A stretch of DNA of 54,566 nucleotides, counting the filler, from Sphacelaria rigidula (taxonomy: Eukaryota): the NCBI GenBank assembly GCA_964200075.2. It is 4 parts of 4 records of this genome, joined end to end, with 100 filler letters (N's around TTAATTAATTAA, not from the genome) between each part and the next. Parts side by side here need not be neighbours in the genome. Positions count along the whole stretch, not along the records: positions 41,003 to 54,566 come from CAXNAA020002799.1; 3 more parts are not named here. One strand, given 5' to 3'. The notes under the pieces were generated by a model. That model was not told where the DNA came from and searched no databases. It saw only the letters and a program-made list of their open reading frames with translations. Shown piece by piece: positions 47,502 through 54,566 of the stretch. The translations under genes and the position numbers were made by a program. Every line of letters starts with the position of its first letter. Positions within the stretch are counted from its first letter, which is position 1.

Positions 47502-50500
47502 ATGGGATGCCGCACCTTGCCGCGGTCAAGGGGTCACACCTTTTGACCTCGGATGACGTTGGCCATAGGGGGGTCTCCGGGTATTCATTCTCGAAGCGAA
47601 AGCGATGCCGATTCGACAGATGGGACGCAGCACTGCTGGTCAAAGATGATTGGCTTCGGACCTTTGAACCTCGAAGAATGATCTCAAACGTGTCCATGTC
47701 TACCTGTCGTCAAGGGCGTGAGCGTTTGACGGTCAGGATGACTCGGACTGGGTTTCGGTCATTTTCCGGATGAACATGATGACGATTCAACGGTTGTCCC
47801 ACGCCAGTATATGCGGCATCATGTTGAGGCATCATGTGTGGTTGTGGTACTACCTATTATACTGTTGTACGGTAATATGAAAATTGACGAAAATGATGCC
47901 AATTCGACAGAATTTTACCAGGGGGCGGTCGACGGGTCGATCCGAAGGAGAAATGATGGACAAGGAACTAGTACGCAAAGTGTTGATATTGGCACGTCTG
48001 GACTGAAGGGGACTGACTGACTGTTGTGCCTGCGCGGTATGTAGTCCTCCTGTAAGGGCGTGTCTTCGGGCCTGTCTTATCACATAAAAAAAAAAAAAAT
48101 GTGGTCGAATTGTTTGTTTTCCGATCTGATAAGTGGGTCCATCGCATCTCTGTTCCTAGCTGGCCTCAAGTATTTTTTGTAATTACGTAGTGGCGTGCGG
48201 AGAAGAAGTAAAATACAAAACAAGCTAATCTTTTTCGATCGAGAGGATGCGGTCGAAAGGCACGAAGGGGCGTCTGACTCCTATCTTACAGACCACCACG
48301 CTAGATACCACCCGGGCATAGCACCGTGCAATAAACCCCACACGACTCATTCTCAGCTACCACGGCAATCCTGCAGCATAGAGTACAAGTCGAGCACAGG
48401 GACAGAGACGTTACAGTTGATGGGTGTGCTTTGTTTATTTTTGTTGGCGGCGAAAACTTGGGCATCTTCTTTCTAGGTGGGGATCAGCGACGGAACTGCG
48501 TGGGAGGGCGGGCAACCGACTTGTGTGCACGCCCATGGATAGTGCAGGCAGTAAATTGCTGCACCTCGTCCAAGTCCTTTTCACGTCGCACTGGTTGCAG
48601 AGAGACAAGATGGTCCTGCGCTGTCTGTACTGCACGTTGCTCGCTTTTCTTTCACATCCTGCTGTACGAAACACGCACACACATACTGAAGACACACTGC
48701 ATGCAAACAGACAAGCCAGTGCGACACAGCACAGACTACTATTTTTTTATATACCGTATACAAGCGACCATGTACCACTTCACAAATGCAAATTTCACTG
48801 TTTTTTTTGCCGATCGAAAGCTCGGAAATTCGCTTGGGCCCAACCCGACGAAAAATGAGCGATTCTCGCTCAAATCAATTCCACCGCCCCTTTTTTTTCG
48901 ATCTAAAAAAAAAATGTGCGGTAGAAAAGGAAAACTCCGATCTGATAGGTCGTGATTTCAACTATCGTACTCTATTCTAAAGATGGTTTAAATCATGACC
49001 TATCAGATTGAAATATTTGTTTTCCACCCCACTTTTTTTTTCGATCAAAAATTGATGTGCCAAGACACGGCCAAAGACACGCCCTGAGGTATAAGGCCCT
49101 GTCTTGCAAGATCAAGCAACAAAACGCGCAGAACGGAACAAGCTTGCAGGAGCACCATGTTGACTAAAGTCGTCGCAACCATTAATCCGCAGGGCGATCA
49201 ATCAACGTGCTGCTTTTGGACGTTTGTTTCACGTCTCGCTTTTTGTGTGTGTGTGTCCCGATAAGATACAACAGTAGGCCGTATCCAGTGAAGACATGAA
49301 CATGAAATCAAGAAACGAAACAGGCGTCGAAACGCAGCACGCTGGGTGGTCACCGTGGCGGGTCTTATGTTTTCAGCCACGAATCGGCATATCCTGCTTC
49401 CTACTTGTAGACGTTTTTTTTTTTTTTCTCCGCTCCTTCTCTTTTTAGTCTCGATAACACAAGGCCTAACCATTTGATACGACACGGCCCAACCCTTGTT
49501 TGGCTGCTATTGTCTGTACGAGTAAGGTTTTTGGATTTTGACACGTTGATCGCCAGGGTAGGTCATCTTCCGTCTGTCGAGTCGATATTGTTTTTTTTGC
49601 TTTGTCTTTTTTTTTTTCCGTCGCCATTTTTTTTTGCTTTCTCTCCTTCCTGTCAGTCAACTCTGTTGGTCTGTTCTACCTTCTTTTTTTTTCTCTTTTT
49701 TTTTCTTCAGCGAGTGTCCCACTTTTGTTCTCTTATCTCGGACACGTCTATTATGTGGATTATGACCATGGCTGGACCCCGGGGGAAAGTATAAAAATCA
49801 GCTGAATCAATGAGTTGGAGATGCTTAGACAGCGAACCCCCCCCAGATGGAATCAGATGGACCATGTCACATTTGGGTTTCAAAACAGCTCTTTTCTCGC
49901 TACACAAAATCGCCTCTTTTCATGAACATGTGGATGTTGGGCATCTACTGTATAGAGAAGATAGACCCGGAGACCTCCCGACCGGTATTGACCCTGCAGT
50001 CAATGACGTCCAGATTCAGGATATGCCCTTGTATGTCTTCGCTGGAAGCGGCAGCAAAAACAGTCCGCGTGCCATCGATCTCCACTGAACACAGCCTACG
50101 CTACTGCATGCTGCTGATGTCTCTCTGCTTAGTGTTTCACAACAACGCTACAGACAGTGTTGAGCTACGCTGTCAGTGCATCAGGGGTCAGGCAGGCGGC
50201 ATCAAAACCTAAGGCCAGAGTAAAAAGCACGTTATTCGTGCCCATGTCTCCCTATGGTTGAGTTGTTACGGTCAAAATGAAAAGTACGGCTAGACAGCGA
50301 AGTGGTCCATCTTTTGTTCACCTGTAGGGGAACGAAGTGATCGGTCTGATAACCGTGATTGGTCAAAATGATCACTCCGCTCCACTCCCCTGTCAAAAGC
50401 CCCCCCCCCCCCCCGCCCCCTGGAACCCCCGTATGTCCTTGGACTGTCAGCGTGTGAAATTTTTCCGAGGCGACGCTCGCTGTCTACGGGTTAACTTGCC

Positions 50501-52735
50501 CGGTTTTTTGCTCGGTTTTTTCAGGGGGAACTCTTTCTTAAAAAATAGGTGTGAAGCATGATTAGGTTAAACAACCCTTGGACGGCAAAATGGTAGTCAA
50601 TCTGGAACCATGCATGATCTCTTGAACAAGTGAAATTGAAGCCGATTCAACAGATGACCTACTCTCGTCGTCTAAGGGTTAATCAGATAACGAGCATCGA
50701 ATGACAAAACACGTGCTTGCACACACGCATAACGCACGCACGCACGCATGCGTGCACGCACCAAAGTATGTTACGGTAGGGGAGGGTGGGAAGGGAAGTG
50801 TTGGATTCTACGGAGGACGGGGGATGACATGTGTACCGCCAGGCGACCTAATCTCTCGCGGTGCGTTTGTATACGAGTGAACAAGGTGTCAAGGGGTATG
50901 AATGAGCGTGTCCTACTGGCTACAAAGGGCGTTCGAACAAACGTTTGTGCAATCAACGATGATCTGAGATGGAACTTCGTGGAAGAAATGGCCCAAAATA
51001 TGCCCCCCCTCCCCCCCCCTCCATCGTAGCATAACTAACGAGCGTCCGAATACAGCATGCCGATTGGTTGCCGCGACCGTAGACCCGCCCGGCGACCGAT
51101 CAGCATGTTGCCTTCAGACGCTTGTTTCGTTTCTCGCTTTTTTTTTCTCTTGTCTCGAAAAAAAGGACTGACACGATGACATGATCCAGATGGTTCATCC
51201 CAGTCAGTGGTCATTTTTTTTTTTCTCCCGTCCATCGGTAAGTCAGGTTATTTATTCGTAAAGGGGTGAAGAAAAATATGAACGTGAGACATGCTGCACG
51301 ACACGGACAAACTCTTCCGTTTAGGACACATGTTTGTATATATCGAACTCGAGATTGTTCCTGATATATGTGTTGTCTTTCCCTCATCCAACAAATAAAA
51401 ACCAACCAACCATCCAACCATCTTTCAACCATCCCCAAACAATTATTGAGTAATTAATTAATTAATTAATTAATTAAAATACTATTACCTTTTTACTGTA
51501 AACTACTGCAAAACATATCGAGAATGTCGAGTTTGAGATATGTATCTCTAACCCTTCAGACCGCGATGCGGGTACGAGCTGGGCCAGCTTAAAAGCGTCG
51601 AAAAGTTACTCATACCACAGCTTCCCCAGTTTCCCGAATGAACCCGATGTGAGCATATCATCATGAAGTGCAGACCAACCTGGTAACACACGGCACCGCC
51701 GCTGAATGAAACTGCATAATATATAACCCCAACGACGGACAGAAGAAAAAAGAGAATCTTTCGGGATTCGAACTCATGACCTCCATAATTAGAGTCTACC
51801 ATCACTTGAATCACGGGGGTGCAGCAGCGTCACGCAAAATGCTGCACGCACGGCCCAATTCGCCGGCTCTTGAGCTGAAATTTCAGGAAGACATTCTGTA
51901 TCCAAGAAAATGATGAATGACGTGAGCAACTCAAGGTTCTCATTTTTTTCCTGGACTTTTGGCATAATCTTGTTTTTGCTGAAATTTCGAATACCCATAA
52001 CCTCCTTATTTTATTTATTTTTTCCTTCGCTGCTGACGTGATCTTCTGTACTTCGATCATAAAAAGCTGCTGTCAAAATTTCAGCGCCCAACTCCTAATA
52101 TCTCGCCGTGCGTCGCCTGAGCGAGATCCACACCTACTCTTGGCTGGCCCAGCTCGTGGTCCATCTGGATCACGCATACTTTTTCAAGTGAAATTGATGC
52201 CGATTCAGCAGGGGACCTACCCTCGCGGTCAAAGGGTTAACGAGTTTCATTATTTGTACTTTTCATCTATTGGTCATCCGGATTTCATCGTAAGATGGAT
52301 GGATATGGGTGAAAATAGATGAAAAGCCCGTTATTAACGACTCTCACAAGAAGTTAAGCTGTCCGATGTCTGGACAGTTATTGAAACACCCTCTGTTTTT
52401 GTCGAGAACCGAAACGCTACAGCATCCCTATTTCAGACTCCAATCCATGGCAAACGGAGAACCGTCCAACAAGGGGGATGTATACGGTGCTACGGACTGT
52501 GCCGTACGCGAGGTGTGCTTTTTATTTTGGCTGCGCATTCGCCGTGCAGGCGTTGGGTTTGTGAGCCTTCCAGAGATCCGCATGCGATGGTTCACACTGA
52601 TACCGTACCGAGTGTGTACCTGTATCTATCTAGAGATATCGGAGCCGATCTGCGTAGCGCACATCTCTTTCAAGGGGTCTTCCTCCATCGATTCAAGAGT
52701 CATTTTTTGGGAAGTTAGTTGTTACATCTCTCCGA

Positions 52736-52767
<32 letters not shown>

Positions 52768-52794
52768 TTGTTTTCCAACTTGTTTCCATAGTCG

Positions 52795-52985
52795 GGCCGT
52801 GTCTCATCAAATGGTTTTCTTGTCGAAAACGTGCGGTCGAATCGAATTCGCTCGTTCCTGATTCGTCCACGCTGCTAATTTTCTCACATGGTTGAGAACA
52901 TGAATGCCGCGGACGTATCAGGTCACGAGCAAATTCAATTCCACCGTACGTTTTCGAGTCGAAAACAACTTGATGAGACACGGCC
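52795..52985. mobile_element. Harbinger/Tourist-like MITE (GGCC termini, ~60-bp TIR)
   Basis: TIR 'ggccgtgtctcatcaa..ttttc..tcgaaaacgt.cggt.gaat.gaatt.gctcg' / 'cgagcaaattcaattccaccgtacgttttcgagtcgaaaacaacttgatgagacacggcc'. Flanks are TCG and TCA. Confidence 0.75.
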
Positions 52986-53630
52986 TCAGTGCGAGTACGA
53001 GTCTTGGGTTCATTCATTTCATTGTCTGATCTGGTTCACGCTTTGGCCGCCGAGGTAGGCCAACTGTCGAGTTGGCATCATTTTCACTTGAAAAATGAGT
53101 TCTCGACGCAGATGGCCGACCCTGTGGGTGAAAGGATTGAAAAATAACCGCTTGCAGTGTGGGGATGAAAAGCTTTTCCCCCCGAGAAACATTCGGACAT
53201 TTCCGAGATTTTGGACAAAAGAAAAGGAAAGGAACGTCAGTAGAGGTATCTCTGACTTGAGATTCCCGGCAAATTTTACAGCAATTTTTCCCGTGAAATA
53301 CATCGGGAACCTAGGGTTGTAGACACCTCTGTAATGACGCCTGGAGTAATAACTAGGCCGAAAAATGAAGATATGTCATCAGTCTCAGATGTTGAAGAGG
53401 TCCGGAAGATGCATTTGTGTCATTTCAGAGTGCAGATATCTCGGGATCACACTGGAGAATAAGAAAAAAAAATCATCGAAAAAAAGTTGAGGGGATACCA
53501 CATTTGACAAGGGGGGATATATCTCAGGATCAGAGTGCAGAATAGGAAAAATTAAAACTAATCGAAAAAAATTATGGGGATATCACATTTGACGGGGGGA
53601 GAAATAATTTTTCGTCACTTTGTCATTTCA

Positions 53631-53801
53631 GGCCAACTCTTATGGGAGCGTTTGTAATTTTATTTTGCAACAATTTCAGAGGATTTTTTTTTTCTTTGTC
53701 ATCATGGTGAACGGGCACAAAATACACAACCACGGCAAAGAAAAAAAGTCGTATAAAATTATTGCAAAATAAAACTTTAAATGCTCCCATATGAATTGGC
53801 C
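53631..53801. mobile_element. Harbinger/Tourist-like MITE with 3-bp TCA target-site duplication
   Basis: TIR 'ggccaactcttatgggagcgttt..ttttattttgcaa' / 'ttgcaaaataaaac..aaatgctcccatatgaattggcc'. TCA lies on both sides. An inverted, truncated second copy is at ~53960-54102. Confidence 0.85.
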
Positions 53802-54494
53802 TCAGAGTGCAAATATCTCAGGATTCGAGTGCAGAATAAGAAGAAAAACTAATCAAACAAAAGTTGAGGGAATACCACATTTGACGGCGGGCACCCTTAA
53901 CCCTCCGTCAAATATGGTATCCCCTCGACTTTTTTTCGATGAGTTGAAATATATATATATTTTGCAATAATTTTAAACGACTTTTTTCTTTTTCTTTGCC
54001 GTGGTTGTGTATTTTGTGCCCGTTCACCATGATGACAAAGAAAAAAAACTCCTCTGAAATTGTTGCAAAATAAAGTTCTAAACGCTCCCGTAAGAGTTGG
54101 TCTGATCCTGAGATATTTGCACTCTGGAACGTCAGAAAAGCGTTTCCGAAACTCTCTATTGAACCTTCAGAGTGCTGCATCGGCATCAGTTTCACTCGAA
54201 AAATGACTGCATTGCCAGATGACCTACCTTCCCCTTGGTCGAAGGGTTAACCCTTCGACCGCTATGCGGAGAGTCCATCTCGCTCACGTATACTTTTTCC
54301 AAGTGAAAATAATAATGGCAATTCATCAGATGATGAGACCCTTTGACCGCAAGGTCGGGTCCTCCTGTGAATGGCCATCACTCTCACTTGAAAAAAATAG
54401 TACAAAACCCAGAGCCAGCGAAAAAACAGGAAACCGGGAACCGAGTTTGAGATACAGTACCTCTACACGCCATTTCTCGAGAGCGAAAAATTTC

Positions 54495-54566
54495 AAGGGT
54501 CGGACAAATAATGATTCGTCTGGAAATTACTTGGTTTTAGTATAAATGATTCGACTCGTACGAATC
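54495..54566. mobile_element. MITE family D left end, truncated by the window end
   Basis: 'aagggtcggacaaataatgattcgtctggaaattacttggttttagtataaatgattcg' matches 21431-21497. Confidence 0.75.

Noticed and set aside
49810..50212. Possible exon or ORF
   Set aside because: No recognisable motif in the frames read and no convincing splice-site pair.
51451..51477. (TAAT)n run as another linker or a SINE tail
   Set aside because: There are no flanking Ns, so it is a natural microsatellite. Ends of other elements lie between it and the tRNA-like head.
1..54566. A multi-gene novel system linking RRP5, the UVR-like gene, SWEET, SPX and the kinase-like fragments
   Set aside because: The genes lie on separate, artificially concatenated contigs, so there is no evidence of real linkage except SWEET-SPX.

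Overview
Eukaryotic, intron-rich, repeat-rich genomic DNA. The gene structure and repeats resemble a stramenopile, probably a brown alga (inference). The window is not one locus. It is four similar-length contigs (1-13570, 13671-27236, 27337-40902, 41003-54566; 13570/13566/13566/13564 bp) joined by artificial 100-bp N/TTAATTAATTAA linkers. Almost all ORFs in the six-frame track are spurious; the real genes were assembled by reading splice sites. Contig 1: the 5' part of RRP5 (9 exons, ~598 aa, all introns phase 0, one GC-AG intron). Contig 2: three minus-strand exons of a coiled-coil protein with a UVR-like motif. Contig 3: a SWEET sugar transporter (5 exons; TM7 Asn replaced by Gln; C-terminal PLL tail; first exon unresolved) and the first exon of an SPX-domain gene. 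Contig 4: weak, possibly MAP2K-like exon fragments among dense repeats. Non-coding DNA holds many short non-autonomous elements: a tRNA-derived SINE family, several MITE families (including Harbinger-like GGCC/TCA and ~105-bp TTAA-flanked piggyBac-like ones), nested insertions, foldbacks and minisatellites. I found no convincing novel multi-gene system, CRISPR array, rRNA or intact transposase.
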